Origin: Azolla caroliniana
Lineage: Eukaryota; Plantae; Polypodiophyta
Reading direction: 5' to 3'
DNA: 64,000 nucleotides
Assembly: GCA_043228905.1 (NCBI GenBank)
Contig: JBHGNT010000018.1
Location: 11,160,001-11,224,000 of the forward strand
The translations under genes were made by a program, and so were the position numbers. The notes under the pieces were generated by a model. That model was not told where the DNA came from and did not search any database. It saw nothing but the letters and a program-made list of their open reading frames with translations. Of this stretch, positions 46,746 to 60,379 are shown piece by piece (the first letter of the stretch is position 1; every line of letters begins with the position of its first letter).

Positions 46746-47234
46746 ACTATAAGGTTTCCATCCAATGAAAATATGGAACTTGGCATGCTTGAATGAATGA
46801 CAAGTGACGATCATGCATAATCGTGAGGTTGCAAGCATGCATGTGTACAAACCGTGCTATATAAGCATGTGGTATAATATTGATGAACAATTCTGATTCA
46901 ATATACTAGTTGTATTATTGTTCCTCATGTTAATGTTACTATGTTCCCCTCATTTTTCTTTCTTCTTTCCTTATTCTCTTCTATCATCTATATTGTTCTT
47001 GCCAATGGTTGTGATGCACATAAACCATCGAGCCAATAGCTAGAGAGGGAGAGATAACACAAAACACAAGGGTTATGTTTATAATTAATTGAATGCAAGG
47101 ATAACTTGAGAATATCATGAACTTAATAAGTTTCGCTTCTATATTATGTATATATATGATATCTTTTTTTAGTGTTTTTATAAATGTAGAGAGTAGGAAT
47201 AAGTTATTTATTAGAAAAATCTAGTGAAACAATA

Positions 47235-50200
47235 TGTTGTAGGAGTGTTGAGCGGTCAAGCTCAACCGGATTCGGATCGGTATACGGAACCAAGAGCCGG
47301 ATCATAATCTGGATCGGATTGTAATCGGTAGGCCGTTAGAGGCCTACAACCCTAGCCTAGTACGTAGGCATATATTTTGGGAGTTTGTGCTTGATGCTCA
47401 ATACGAGCATTAAGTACTTGTCAGTACTTTAGTTAGTCCTTTAAGGACTTGTATAAATAGTGTTGTATAGCACAATTCTATGTATAGAGTCTTTGAGTAA
47501 TTTTGAAATTGCATTGTTCTGCTCTAACTCTGTCTCTCCTGTGTACCGTGTTAAGATTCCATTAAACCTTGATCTCTGTATTCAGTTGTTATCCGGTTGA
47601 GCCGGTTTTGTCTACGTTTCCACAATTTCACTTTTACATGGTATCAGAGCACGAGGGTTGAGAACCTTTGCTGCCGACAAGCAATTTCCATAGACAAACC
47701 CTAACACCCGGTAAAGAACAAGAAGGGAAGAATGGACAGAGGAATGGATAGCTCATCCTGACGGAGAAGCTCGACAAATCCAACTCAGCATCTTGGTCGT
47801 ACAAGATGCACTAGTACCTACTCGGGCATGGCAATTGGAGTTATGTCGACGGAGCTAATGATACAACACTTGATGCAACACACAGGGACTTTCCAACTTG
47901 GGAACAAGCGGCAAGCAGGGTGATGTACTGCTTTGTTTCCAATGTCAATGATCAGCGGCTTAGCCATATCTGGGATGCCAAGACGCCAAAGGAAGCTTGG
48001 GGAAACCTAAAAAAGGTCTTCGCCACAAGCACCACAGCCTGTAAGTTGCAACTTCGACAAGAGTTGAGCAATGTCTAGCAGAAGGACATGTCGGTGGCCG
48101 ACTACATGGCCCAAATTAAGGAGATTTGCGACTCCCTTGCTTCCATCAATGTGATCGTCGAGGAGGATGGGATAGTGCATGTATGTCTCGGGGGCCTAGC
48201 GTCAAAGTTCGGAGCATTCCAGACAATGGTATGTACAAGGGAGAATACACCTTCGTTTTTCGACTTACAGTTGATGCTCCTTGTAGAGGAGAACCACGCG
48301 GGTGCATCGATGAGTACACACACTGACAACAAGATGTTGTACATGGAGACAGATAAGCCCTATGGATGTGGATGTCGAGGCGGATCGGCATGCAATGCAT
48401 GTGGCCAACAAGAGCAGAATCAGAGGCACAAAGATAGTGCTGATAGTAGTATTGGACCCTCCAGAAGCAGGGGAAGTGAAGGCAGCACCGGGAGGTGGCA
48501 AGGAAAGACCGCGATAGACTGCTGGTACTATGGCCAAAAGGGCCATTGAGAAAGCGAGTGCTAGAAAAGGGCCGATTCGGACAAAGCTGGATCGAGCCGG
48601 AGTGACATAGACAGGCGTCACCGATTGCACTTCGTCGGAGGCTTAGAGAGAGCCGGGTTGGGACCGGCCTTCATAATGAAGAATGAGGCCAATCGGATGG
48701 GAGCTTTTGACTCGAAGTTGGAAGAAGTTTGATATGTGGACTTTGTAGCGTCAAATCATATGACGAACCACAAAGAGTGGTCCTTTCTCGAGAAGCCGGA
48801 GAAGTCGAGGGTGGTTGAAACCGGAGATGACACCCCACATCCCATTGAGCATATCGGGGATGTCCCTCTGAGCCATGTCAGCCGAAAGGGAATCATGAGG
48901 AACGTTCTGCATGTACCGACGATAACCAAGAACTTGGTGTTGGTTGGTCAGATTGTAGATCAAGGTATGCAAGTCCGGTCACTCACCATGGATGCTTCAT
49001 AGAGGAGGAAGGCCAAATCATTGCGCAAGGGCGCCGGGATAGAAGAATGTTCATCCTCAAAACCAATGATGTTGGCACTGCTATGTTCATGAAAGGGTAG
49101 AAGGTCGAGTTAGATATCGACCTATGGCATAAGTGGATCGACCACATAAACTTCGGAAAGCTTCAAGAGATGCAGTCAAAACATGTTGTTTCGGACTACC
49201 AAAGTTTAGTGGTAGGAAAGGCCAGATATGTGAAGCATGTCAGCTTGGGAAGCAACATAGGCTTCCATTCACCAATGAGAAGAATTGGAGCTGGAATCGG
49301 CTCGATCTCATCCATTCGGATGTGTGGGGACCGGCACAAAATGTGAGTATTGGTGGGAGTCGATATTTCGTCTCCTTCATTGACAATTTCAGTCGACACA
49401 CCTGGATTTACTTCATCGAGAAGAAGAGAGAAGTCTTCTCGTGCTTCCGGTACCTAAAGAGTTAGGTTGAACGAGAAACTGGAAGAAAGATCAAGTGTCT
49501 AAGATCGGATGACGGAAAAGAGTACTTTTCCAACCAATTCACTAGTTATTTACAAACCAAGGGAATCCGACGAGAATTCTCTTGTAAATACACGCCGGAG
49601 CAGAGTGGCGTGGCTGAACAACAGAACTGGACGTTGGTAGACGCGACGAGGGCAATGCTAGATGAGAAGGGCATGCCCCATATTTATTGGGCCGAAGCAA
49701 TTTGGACAATAGTCTACATACAGAATTCGAACAACCGTCTACATACAAAATTCTACGAGCGGAAGCCGAATTGGGAACACCTTCGGGTATTCGGCACCAT
49801 TGCATATGTGCATGTGCCGGAGGAGAAGTGGAAGAAGCTAGATGTCAAAGCCAAGAAGAGTATCTTCATTGGCTAATTGGATGAGCAGAAGGGGTACAAG
49901 TGCTACAACCCCCGACCAAAGCAAGTCTGAGTTAACCGCAATGTCTTCTTCGAAGAATCAACATCTTGGTACTTCTCATCACCCGAACCCGAGCCAATTG
50001 CCGAAGATGATGCAGCAGATTCCAGAATAGAGGGAAGCATAGCAGAATCCAGGCAACCCTATAGTTTGACTTCCCTCTGGATCAATGGACCAAATCCGGA
50101 CTAGTTGAGCCGGAGTGGTCAACCGGATGACGTGCCGGCGAGTAGCGGCCATCCTCTTCCCATGCAAGAAACCGAGTAGACGGTGGGAAGAAGAAGATAT

Positions 50201-50384
50201 TGGAATATGACACTAGTAGGGACGAGTCGGATCGAAGGAAATCCAACTCCGGAATGCAAGAAGACGGACCTCCAGAGAAGAGGTCGGAGTAGGTCAAGAG
50301 GGCCAAGAAATTGACAAACCAGGGATTGCGCCGATCTACCTGATAGAAACACCCCGTAGTTCGATACGGATATAACGAGTATAT
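47235..50384 (+). mobile_element. Ty1/copia element L of a different lineage, degenerate and 3'-truncated
   Basis: LTR about 47235-47638 ending TTACA, directly followed by PBS TGGTATCAGAGC; gag KLDKSNSASWSYKMH; protease D..ASNHMT; CEACQLGKQHRLPF, IHSDVWGP integrase. The LTR start is uncertain by a few nt. Confidence 0.82.
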
Positions 50385-50680
50385 TGTTGAGAAACAGGTC
50401 CCTCCAGATGGGATCTGGATGAGAACCGGATCAGACGGGACGAAGGACAGAACTAGATCGGATGGATCCGGAAGGCATCCGTACGCCGAATTGGATGGAT
50501 CCAGTATGAACCAACAAATAAGAACATATTAGTAAATGTGTTCAGACGTGACCATTGAGGTGATATTTGTAAATAGCCCTAAAGTTATATAAGTATAAAT
50601 ATAACTAGGGCAACAATGTTCATGAGTAGGGTTGTTATCATTGTATAGATAGAGATACAGTGAGTGAGAGAGTGAGAGCA
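50385..50680 (+). repeat. Truncated Tork-type copia LTR
   Basis: Starts TGTTGAGAAACAGGTCCCTCCAGATGGG, like the LTR at 40487. Confidence 0.7.
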
Positions 50681-51205
50681 TGATGATAAGAATCGTGACC
50701 AACCACAACCCGTTTACTCGTTCATATGATCAGATGATCAAATGTGGAAATAACAATCAAAAGCAGAGACAAGGGAAAAACGTCAAAACTAGAAACAGAG
50801 AGCACATAGATTTAAACGTGGAAACCCGAACTGGGAAAAACCACGTGGAGTCCACAAACTCCAAAATAGAATCACTATGATGATGAGAGGAGTACAACAA
50901 GAAGCTCGGAAGCAACGACCTTGAGTTCTTCCTCGTCAACAGACGACTACAGAGACACACTCACACAGTCTCTCCCTTTCTCTTAGTTACACAGGCAATA
51001 ACCTGCGCTAACTCTATTTCACAATAATGATGCATTACACATACTAAGGTTTGCCCTAGTTATATATATACTTATACAACTTTATGGCTATTTACATACA
51101 TAGCCCTCCCGAGTTGGTTGTATCCACGATTTTGGTTTCGGCCTCGGCCGAGTTACTCATCAACTCAGCTCTTCTCCTCCCATCCGGAGGGACAAATTCC
51201 CAACA
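50681..51205 (-). repeat. Tork-type copia LTR (solo or orphaned), followed by a further LTR fragment at 51206-51370
   Basis: Minus strand begins TGTTGGGAATTTGTCCCTCCGGATGG; internal motifs shared with 7579-8267; no TSD seen. Confidence 0.7.
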
Positions 51206-51370
51206 GAAATAAGACAATAAAATATGTTAATGTGGAAAACCCTAATCGGGAAAAACCACAAGAGCCCACAAACTCCAACTATCACTATGAGAGGGAAGAT
51301 ACAACAAGAGACTCGGAGGCAATGACCTCTTGCTCTATATCTTCGCTGATCGGTGGTTACAACAGAAACC

Positions 51371-53273
51371 TTAGCTGGGAGAACCTGGTGGTTACTCTCA
51401 GCACCTCCTGTCAAGAAGAGAACTTGTCTTTATAGATGGTGAAGACAAGCATCCTAAATGAGGAGGCAAGGAGGAAAGAAAAAGAGTTCTGTCCCAAGGA
51501 GTCGAATCTGACTCAACATATGGACAAAGGAAGAGACCAACGAAGAAGAAGTCCGCAACGAGCGGAAAAATCCCATGCCAGATTGAAGTCCAGAGGTAAG
51601 CCCGTGTGCTTTTATTGTGGAAAGCCTGGACACTTCCAGAAGGACTGTCGACACTTAAAGAAAGATAAGCATGTCGGAAATAATGTCGAATCCAGGAAGA
51701 TTCTTGATGAGAAGAACACTTCGGCCATTGCTACGAGCAATGAAGAACTCCTGTTCATTTGTGAACAGACGAGTGCAAATCTTGCAAGTGAAGATTGCAT
51801 GTGGGTAATTGATTCCGGGGCATCGTTCCACATAACTCCGTCGAGAGAGTATTTCTCGACTTACATAGTCGGGGATCACGGCTATGTGAAGATGGGTGAC
51901 AGTGGAGAGTGCAGGCTAACCGGAGTCGGAAGTGTTTGCTTAACGATGTCGACAGGGTGTTGACTGACACTGAAGGATGTTCGACACGTCCCCGATATCA
52001 GATTGAATCTGATATCAACTAGAAGGTTAGATGACGAAGGCTATAGTGGTAGCTTTCGAAATGACAAGTGGAAGTTCTGTCGAGAAAATCTTATAGTGGC
52101 CCGAGCACAGAAAGAAGGCACATTGTACATTATGCATGCCCGACTATGCAAATCGGAAGTAAATGTGGTAGCTGACTTGACAGGTGAGATATGGCACAAG
52201 AGGCTAGGCCACATGAGTGAGAAGGGAATGCACCTGTTAGCCGACCAGAAACTTGTACCAGAAGTCAAGGGCGTGCATCTAGCCGAACCGAAAACGGTGG
52301 CGAGTACAAAGGGCAGTTCGAGGAATACTGCAAGAGCCAAGGTATTCAGATCGAATACACAATGCCAAAGACCCAAGAGATGAATGAGCTTGCAGAGAGG
52401 ATGAATCGAACGATCATGGAGAGAGTAAGGAGCATGCTCTCTCATGAAAAACTTCCAAAATCCTATTGGGCTGAGGCGATGTACTCAACTGTTTATCTGA
52501 TCAACATGTCTCCCTCAGTACCATTGAAGGGTGATGTCCCACACAGGGTGTGGAGAGGGAAGGATGTTTCCTACCAGCATTTGAGGGTGTTCAGATGTCT
52601 GGCGTACATGCATGTACCGAAAGATCAAAGGTCAAAGCTCGACAGCAAGTCGAAAGCATGCATATTCATGGGATACTCGAAAGATGAATTTGGCTACAGG
52701 CTATGGGACCTAGTCGACAAGAAGGTAGTGAGAAGTCGGGATGTAGTCTTTCTAGAAGACAAGATGATCGAAGACTAGAAGCAATAGAAGTTGGAATCGA
52801 CTCCTTAGTCAACCCCGAGTACCATCGACTTAAGGCCAAGTGAGTCGTCATCAACAGCTGTAAGGAGACAGTTGGCCGACAGAGCCAAATCTGAGTCGGT
52901 CGACTCGGAGAGACTAACTGATTATGAGTTAGAGTTTGAAGAGTTACAAAGGTCAATTGATGAATATGAGTTGGCATTACCCAACCAGGAGAGGCCGATT
53001 GACGAGCAGAATCCCGAGCAGAGAGAAGAATTGGCAGAGACATCCGAAAGAAGATACCCACTCAAGGAGAGGAAAGCACCGACTACATATGCTAGCCAAT
53101 ACATCCTCTTGACTGATGAAGGTGAACCGGAGTGCTATGAAGAAGCCATTGCCGACGAGCACAGAGCGAAATGGCTGAGCGTGATGCAAGATGAGTTGGA
53201 ATCCTTGCACGAGAATGGATCCGACAAACGACAGGATTGACTGACTTCCTCCCACAAGAGTGAAGGGCGAGTT
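51371..53273 (+). pseudogene. gag-pol: Ty1/copia element K (G subfamily): gag 3' part, protease, integrase; RT and RNase H deleted; ends in a PPT
   Basis: TLSTSCQEENLSL, CFYCGKPGHFQKDC, WVIDSGASFH, LAERMNRTIMERVRSML; jumps from LHEN to the RNase H tail; PPT AGAGTGAAGGGCGAG. Confidence 0.82.
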
Positions 53274-53951
53274 TGTTGGGAATATGTCCCTCCAGTGGGA
53301 GGAGGAGCCGACTGTCCAGAAGTTGCTGACAGTCGATGACTACGAGGAGCCGACTGATCGGACCAAGGAGTGTCAACAGTCGAAGACAGGGAAAATCCAA
53401 CTGTTCGGAAAGCCGACAGTCGAAGCATCTAAAACAATGAGTCGATTGTTTGATAGTTTGATTATTATTATTATTATAACAATAATAATAATGATACGTA
53501 GCAGAGGTTACATTTGTAAATAGCCCATAGAGTGTATAAGTATAAATACACTTAGGGCAAAACGTGAGATATGTGATTTTGAAGAACAGAAGTAGCACGA
53601 GAGCACGAGAGACAAAGAGATTGAGTGTGAGTGGCGCCATAGTTGTGTGCGTAATAGCAGACGTCAAGAGCCCTACGTGGCTGATACACTCGAAGGAGTG
53701 TTGTAACATTCTGTGTTGTATATCCACTATACATATTGAAGTTCTGTTCCCGTGGTTTTCTCCTGTTTTAGGTTTCCACGTTAAATCTCTGTGCACCATT
53801 GTTTGTCCTTTCCTTTCTGGCATATCTGTGATTTGTATTTCAGCACGGTTTGTTCATTGGGTTTTGATCGAACGATTTCTCAACAATTTCTATTTATTTT
53901 TCTTCCATTTAGTGATTAAGTCTTGGTTGTGGTCGAGCACTATTCTGCACA
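53274..53951 (+). repeat. Copia LTR shared by K (as 3' LTR) and J (as 5' LTR)
   Basis: Preceded by a PPT and followed by PBS TGGTATCAGAGC (53955-53966). Confidence 0.85.
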
Positions 53952-55030
53952 ATCTGGTATCAGAGCATGGAAGATCTATTCGGCGGCATGTTCAAGCTCA
54001 CCGACTCCAACTACCTAGTGTGGAAGTCGAAGATGAGGGACATGTTGGTGGTCAAAGATCTCTGGTTGCTGGTACAATTCGGAGACAAAAGACCAAATAA
54101 AATCGATGTCACGAACTGGGAGGTGATGCACATGAAGACGATGACATACATTCAATGTTTCATCGACATGAGCCTGTACAACAACTTCAACGAAGAAAGT
54201 AAGGCTCGTGTGCTGTGGGAGAAAATCGGTACCATGCTGGAAAGTAAAAACGCAGTGAATCAGGTCTTAGTATTTCGAAAGTTAGTGAGACTTCGATATC
54301 AAGACGGGTCCAGTATGGCGGAGCACATGAATGCCTTTCAGGGGCTAATAAATCAAACAACCTCATTGGAAGTACCTCTAGCCGACAAGGTAACTCGCGT
54401 TGCTACTGCTCGGTTCCCTCTCCGATAGTTGGGAGACGCTAGTTGTCACTTTGGGCAACGCCGGGCTGGAAGGAAAACACCTATCCCTAGCAAGGGTAAA
54501 CGACAACAATCGCGACAAGTGAAGAAGAATTGTTGCTTATCACCAAGGAGAGCGAGCTACACCTTGTCAGCGACAAAACGATGTGGGTGGTCGACTCTGG
54601 AGCGTCATTCCATCTGATCCCTGACCGAAAATGCTTCTCATCATATAGAGCCGGAGATCATGGTTGTGTTCAGATGGGAAATGACGGTGCATGCTGAATT
54701 GTCGGCATAGGAGATGTGTGTTTGACAACGTTAACCGGGTGCAAGGTGTTGTTGAAAGATGCTCGACACGTTTCGGAGGTTCGGTTGAACCTGATATTAG
54801 GTGGTCGGTAGACGATGAAGGCTACACTACACAGTTATACCCGATGCATGCCCGGATATGCCGGGAAGAAGTGAACGTGGCATTTGATAATGCCGGTGAG
54901 CTGTGGCACAAGAGGTTGTGCCACATGAGCCAAAAAGGGATGCGTAAACTTCCCGAGGATAACCTCATTTCGGAGGTGAAAGACGTGCAACTTGAGAGAT
55001 GCACCGACTGCTTCATTGACAAGTAAAACC

Positions 55031-58000
55031 TGATGGGAACTCGACGTTCCTTATGTCCGACGCTCGGCCACAACCGAGATTGTGGAAAACCCCAAAATAG
55101 GGGAAAAACCACGGCAGCCCACGAGCTGCAAACTGTCACTATGCAGAAATATACAACAGTGAGATCACTGAGGCAACGACCTCGTGTTCTCAGATCTTCG
55201 CCACAGGCGGCGGTTACAACAGAGGCAACGACCTCGTCTCTCTCTCTCTCTGTACAGTTACGTGCTTTGATTTCTTCTTGCACCAACAAGAAAGAATAAC
55301 AACAAGAATGACAACAGTAACTAAAAGTTTGCCCTAAGTCATATTTATACTAATATGACTTTTCGGCTATTTACAAATGTAGCCTCGATGGGCTCCATCC
55401 GACTCTCCGCAGTCGGGTACTCCTCATCCGGTTCATACCGGGCCTACACCATCCGACTCTCCGCAGTCGGGTACTCCTCATCCGGTTCATACCGGGCCTA
55501 CACCATCCGACTCTCCGAAGTCGGGTTCTCCCTATTCGGTTCATACCGTTTCCGCCTCGGCCTGTCGGCCTCGGCCGAGTTTGTTCGTCGGCACTGTTCT
55601 TCTCCCTTCCCATCCGGAGGGACCTGTCTTCCAACAAACTCCCCCTTCACTCCGGCATGGGGTGTCTTTCCAGCCCGATCCTCTTCCGGCATGCGTCCAG
55701 CTTGTCGGGTGTCAGCACTTTGGTCAGCATATCTGACCCGTTCTCGGCCGTGTGGATCTTCGCCAATGCGAACTCCTGGTCATCTACCCTTTCCCGGATC
55801 CAGTGATACCTCCGCTGGATATGCTTCGTCCGGGAATGGTAGGCCGCATTCTTAGCAAGGTGGATGGCACTTTGACTGTCGCAGTAGAGTCGGTATTCTT
55901 CTTGCCGGATACCGAGCTCTCCGATGAAGTCCTTCATCCATAATATTTCCTTGCCGGCTTCTACAGCCGCCATGTACTCCGCCTCTGTGGTTGACAATGC
56001 AACCGTCTTCTGCAGCCTCGACTGCCACGAAACAACTCCCCCTGCATATGTCATCACATACCCGGATGTAGACCGGCTGGTATCCACATCAGCCGACATG
56101 TCCGAATCGGTGAAACCATCCAGTTGAGGTTTTCCGGAGCCGAATCGGAGACACATATTTGAAGTGCCCTTCAAATACCGGAGTATCCACTTGACCGCGT
56201 TCCAATGCTCCTTGCTGGGATTGCTCATAAACCGGCTCACCACTCCGACTGCGTATCCAATGTCCGGTCGGGTACAAACCATTGCGTACATCAAGCTCCC
56301 GACGGCAGAGGCATATGGAATCTTCATCATATCTGCCTTCTCTCCTTTTGTCTTCGGGCTTTGCTTGCCGGACAACTTGCAGTTTGCCGGAAGTGTCGAT
56401 CCAACCGGTTTTGCATTTGACATGTTGAACCGGTGAAGCACCTTTGTCACATACTTCTCCTGTGACAGCCATAATTGCTTCACTGACCGGTCCTGAATGA
56501 TGTGCATCCCCAACATCTGTCTTGCCGGACCCAAGTCCTTCATTGAGAAGGTTCGGTTGAGAGCCTTCTTCAGCATCCGTATTTTTCCTTGGTCTCGTCC
56601 AACGATCAACATGTCATCCACGTATAGGAGGAGTATCAGGAAGTCCCCTCCTTCGAACTTCTTCACAAACACGCAGTGATCGGCCTGCGTCTTGTGGTAC
56701 CCTTGATCGGTCATGAAGGAGTCGAACTTCCGATACCATTGCCGGGGAGCCTGCTTCAGTCTGTATAGGCTCTTTTTCAACCGGCATACCAGGTGCTCCT
56801 TCCCTTTCTCCACAAATCCTTCAGGTTGCTGCATGTAGATCTCCTCTTCGAGGTCACCGTGAAGGAATGCCGTCTTCACGTCCAGCTGCTCTACCTCGAG
56901 ATCCAAGCTTGCTGCTATACTCAGCACCGTCCGGATGGAGGTCATCTTTACTACCGGGGCGAATATTTCGTCGAAGTCCATGCCCTTCTTCTGCTGGAAC
57001 CCCTTCACCACGATCCTGGCTTTGTATCTCGGGGGGTTGCCAGCATCTCCCAGTTTCAACTTGAACACCCACTTGTTTCGGAGTGCCCGCTTTTCTTTCG
57101 GCAGCTCCACCAATTCGTACGTATGGTTCTCATGCAGGGAATCCATCTCATCCTGCATGGCACTTAACCATTTTCGGCTGTGGGTGTCTCTCTTCGCTTC
57201 TTCGAAGCTTTCCGGCTCCCCCTCATCGGTTAGCAGGACATGCTCTGCATCCGGAAATCTCAGGGGCGCCCTTCTCTCTCTGAGAGGATATCTACGTCTT
57301 CGGGCTTCGGTAATCGGTTCCTCCATTTGCCCTTCATCCGAATCCGATTCGGGATCTTGACCGGTTCCGGTCTCAACTTCCTCTACTTCTTCTTCTGCCG
57401 GTTCGGTATCCTCACCGTGACCGGCTGGTTCTTCGAGTGCTAACCGGTCTCTTGCCGGTTGGGTCTGCTCATTGTAGAGTCTATCCTTACCGGTCGACTC
57501 GGAGTTCATTATCTTCTTCTCCGACTCCCAGTCGGCGAGCGTCTTGTCCTCCATGAAGATAATATCTCGACTCCGGAATACCTTCTTGTCGACCGGGTCC
57601 CACACTCGGTAGCCGAACTCATCGTCACCGTAACCGAGGAATATGCATGGCCGGGTCTTTGGATCTAGCTTTCCTCTCCGGTCCTTTGCTACATGCACGT
57701 ACGCGAGACACCCGAACACCCTTAGATGCCGGTAGGACACTTCCTTACCGGTCCATACTCTCTGTGGCGTGTCTCCGTCCAAGGGTACTGAGGGTGATCT
57801 GTTTATCACATATGTCGCCGTCGACAGTGCCTCAGCCCAAAACTTCTTGGGTAGTTTTGCATGCGCTAGCATACTCCGGACCCTCTCCATTATGGTCCGG
57901 TTCATCCTCTCGGCCAGTCCGTTTAGTTCCGGCGTCTTCGGCACGGTAAATTCGAGCCGGATTCCCTTCGAGCGGCAGTACTCCTCGAACTGCCCCCGGT

Positions 58001-60379
58001 ACTCACCTCCGTTATCTGCTCGAACCGCCTTCAGCTTCCGGCCGGTTTCTCTTTCCACTCTCGCGTGGAGCTCTTTGAAGACGGATAACACCTGATCCTT
58101 CGTCTTCAGCGGTGTGGCCCACAGCTTCCGGCTGTGGTCATCTATGAACGTCACGAAGTACTGCGCTCCGGCATGTGACTTCGTGTCTACTTGACAAACA
58201 TCCGTATGCACCAACTCCAGTGGTGCATTACGTCTCATCGGTGGCCTTGGTCGGAAGGAGGTCCGGTTCTGCTTGCCGGCCAGACAATCAGTGCACTAGT
58301 CTAAGTGCACGTTCTTCACTGGAATGAGGTTGTCGTCTCCAAGCCTCTTCATCCCCTTCTCACTCATGTGACATAGCCTCTTGTGCCACAGCTCACCAGC
58401 AGTGTCGGAAGCCACGTTCACTTCTTCCGGACATAACCGGGCATTCATCAAGTACAGTGTGTTTAACTTCCGGGCCCGAGCCACAATCAGGCTCCCTTTG
58501 CTGAACTTCATGACACCGTTCCGGATACTACCCGTGTAGCCTTCATCATCTAGCCGACCGGCTGATATCAGGTTCAGACGAACTTCCGGAACGTGTCGGA
58601 CATCTTTCAACAGCAACTTGCATCCGGTTGGTGTTGTCAGCCACACATCTCCTATGCCGACAATTCGGCATGTTCCTTCATTCCCCATCCGGACACAGCC
58701 GTGATCACCGACTGAGTAGGATGAGAAGCATTTCCGGTCCGGGGTAAGGTGGAACGAAGCTCCGGAATCTACCACCCAGGTAATCTCATCGCCGGCATGG
58801 TTTATCTCACTCTCCTCGGTGATGAGCATCAACTCCTCTTCACTTGCTGCAATTGCCGTCGTTCCCTTCCGGTCCGGCCCCCTCCGGTCTTTACCGTTCC
58901 GGTCTGTACCGTTCCGGTTCGGGGTTTGCTTCGAATCGGTACCGTCGGTTTCCTTGTCTTTACGGAAATGCCGACAGTTCTTTTGGAAGTGTCCCGGCTT
59001 GCCGCAATAGAAGCAAGTAGGCCTCCCCCTTGACTTTGATCGTGTCCCCGACTTCTCCCGGTTCTGGGTACTACTGTTTCTATGTCTTCCGCGTTCCGAT
59101 TCGGTAAGGAGCGCTTTGGAGTCGGAGCTCGTATCTTTGTCTTTCCGACGAGCCTCCTCATCTAGCAAGCTCGACTTTACTCTTGCTAGGGATAGCCGTT
59201 TTCCTTCCGGCCCGGCGTTGCCCAAAGTAACAACCAACGTCTCCCAGCTATCCGGGAGGGAACCGAGCAGGAGTAGCGCTAGGACCTCATCGGCAAGAGG
59301 TACTTCCAATGACGTTGCCTGGTGAATCAGCCCCTGGAAGGCATTCATATGCTCCGCCATGTTGTGGCCATCTTGGTACCGGAGTCTTACAAGCTTCCGG
59401 AATACCGACGCCTGATTGACAGCATTTTTGTTCTGGAACATTGTGCCGATCTTCTCCCAGAGCTCATGAGCCTTACTCTCTTCATTGAAGTTGTTGTATA
59501 GGCTCATGTCGATGAAGCACCGTATGTACGCCGTTGTCTTCATGTGCATCACCTCCCATATCGCGGCGTCGATTTTGTCCGGTCTCTTGTCCCCGAACTG
59601 AACCAGCAGCCAGAGGTCTTTAACCACGAGCATGTCCCTCATCTTCGACTTCCACACTGAATAGTTGGAGCCGGTGAGCTTGAACATGCCGCCAAACGAT
59701 TCGTCCATTTTCTGTGTCGATTTTGCTCTGATACCACTTGATGATAACTTGACGTTCCTTATGTCCGACGCTCGGCCACAACCGAGATTCTTTTCTTACA
59801 CAGAAAAACAGGTAATGAAACGCGACACAAAAGAGAAGAAATGGTACACAGGAGGTATACGTGGAAAACCTCAAAATAGGGGAAAAACCACGGCAGCCCA
59901 CAAGCTACAAACTGTCACTATGCAGAAATATACAACAGTGAGATCACTGAGGCAACGACCTCGTGCTCTCAGATCTTCGCCACAGGCGGCGGTTACAACA
60001 GAGGCAACGACCTCGTCTCTCTCTCTCTTTTTCCCTCTCTCTCTCTCTGTACAGTTACGCGCTCTGAATTCTTCTTGCACCAACAAGAAAGAATAACAAC
60101 AAGAATGACAACAGTAACTAAAAGTTTGCCCTAAGTCATATTTATACTAATATGACTTTTCGGCTATTTACAAATGTAGCCTCGATGGGCTCCATCCGAC
60201 TCTCCGCAGTCGGGTACTCCTCATCCGGTTCATACCGGGCCTACACCATCCGACTCTCCAATGTCGGGTTCTCCCTATTCGGTTCATACCGTTTCCGCCT
60301 CGGCCTGTCGGCCTCGGCCGAGTTTGTTCGTCGGCACTGTTCTTCTCCCTTCCCATCCGGAGGGACCTGTCTTCCACCA
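55031..60379 (-). mobile_element. Full-length Ty1/copia element I (Tnt1/Tork-like), nearly intact
   Basis: LTRs 55031-55636 and 59739-60379, perfect TSD AAACC, PBS 59725-59736, PPT 55637-55653. Confidence 0.95.
55647..59708 (-). pseudogene. gag-pol: Gag-Pol polyprotein of copia I (1353 codons) with one premature TAG at 58296
   Basis: ORFs 58296-59708 and 55647-58238 share a frame (HLD*CTDC, where copy H has K); all domains present in copia order PR-INT-RT-RH. Confidence 0.95.

Noticed and set aside
58296-58298. Programmed stop-codon read-through in copia I
   Set aside because: The TAG lies inside the integrase zinc-binding region and sister copy H has AAG there, so it is a point mutation.
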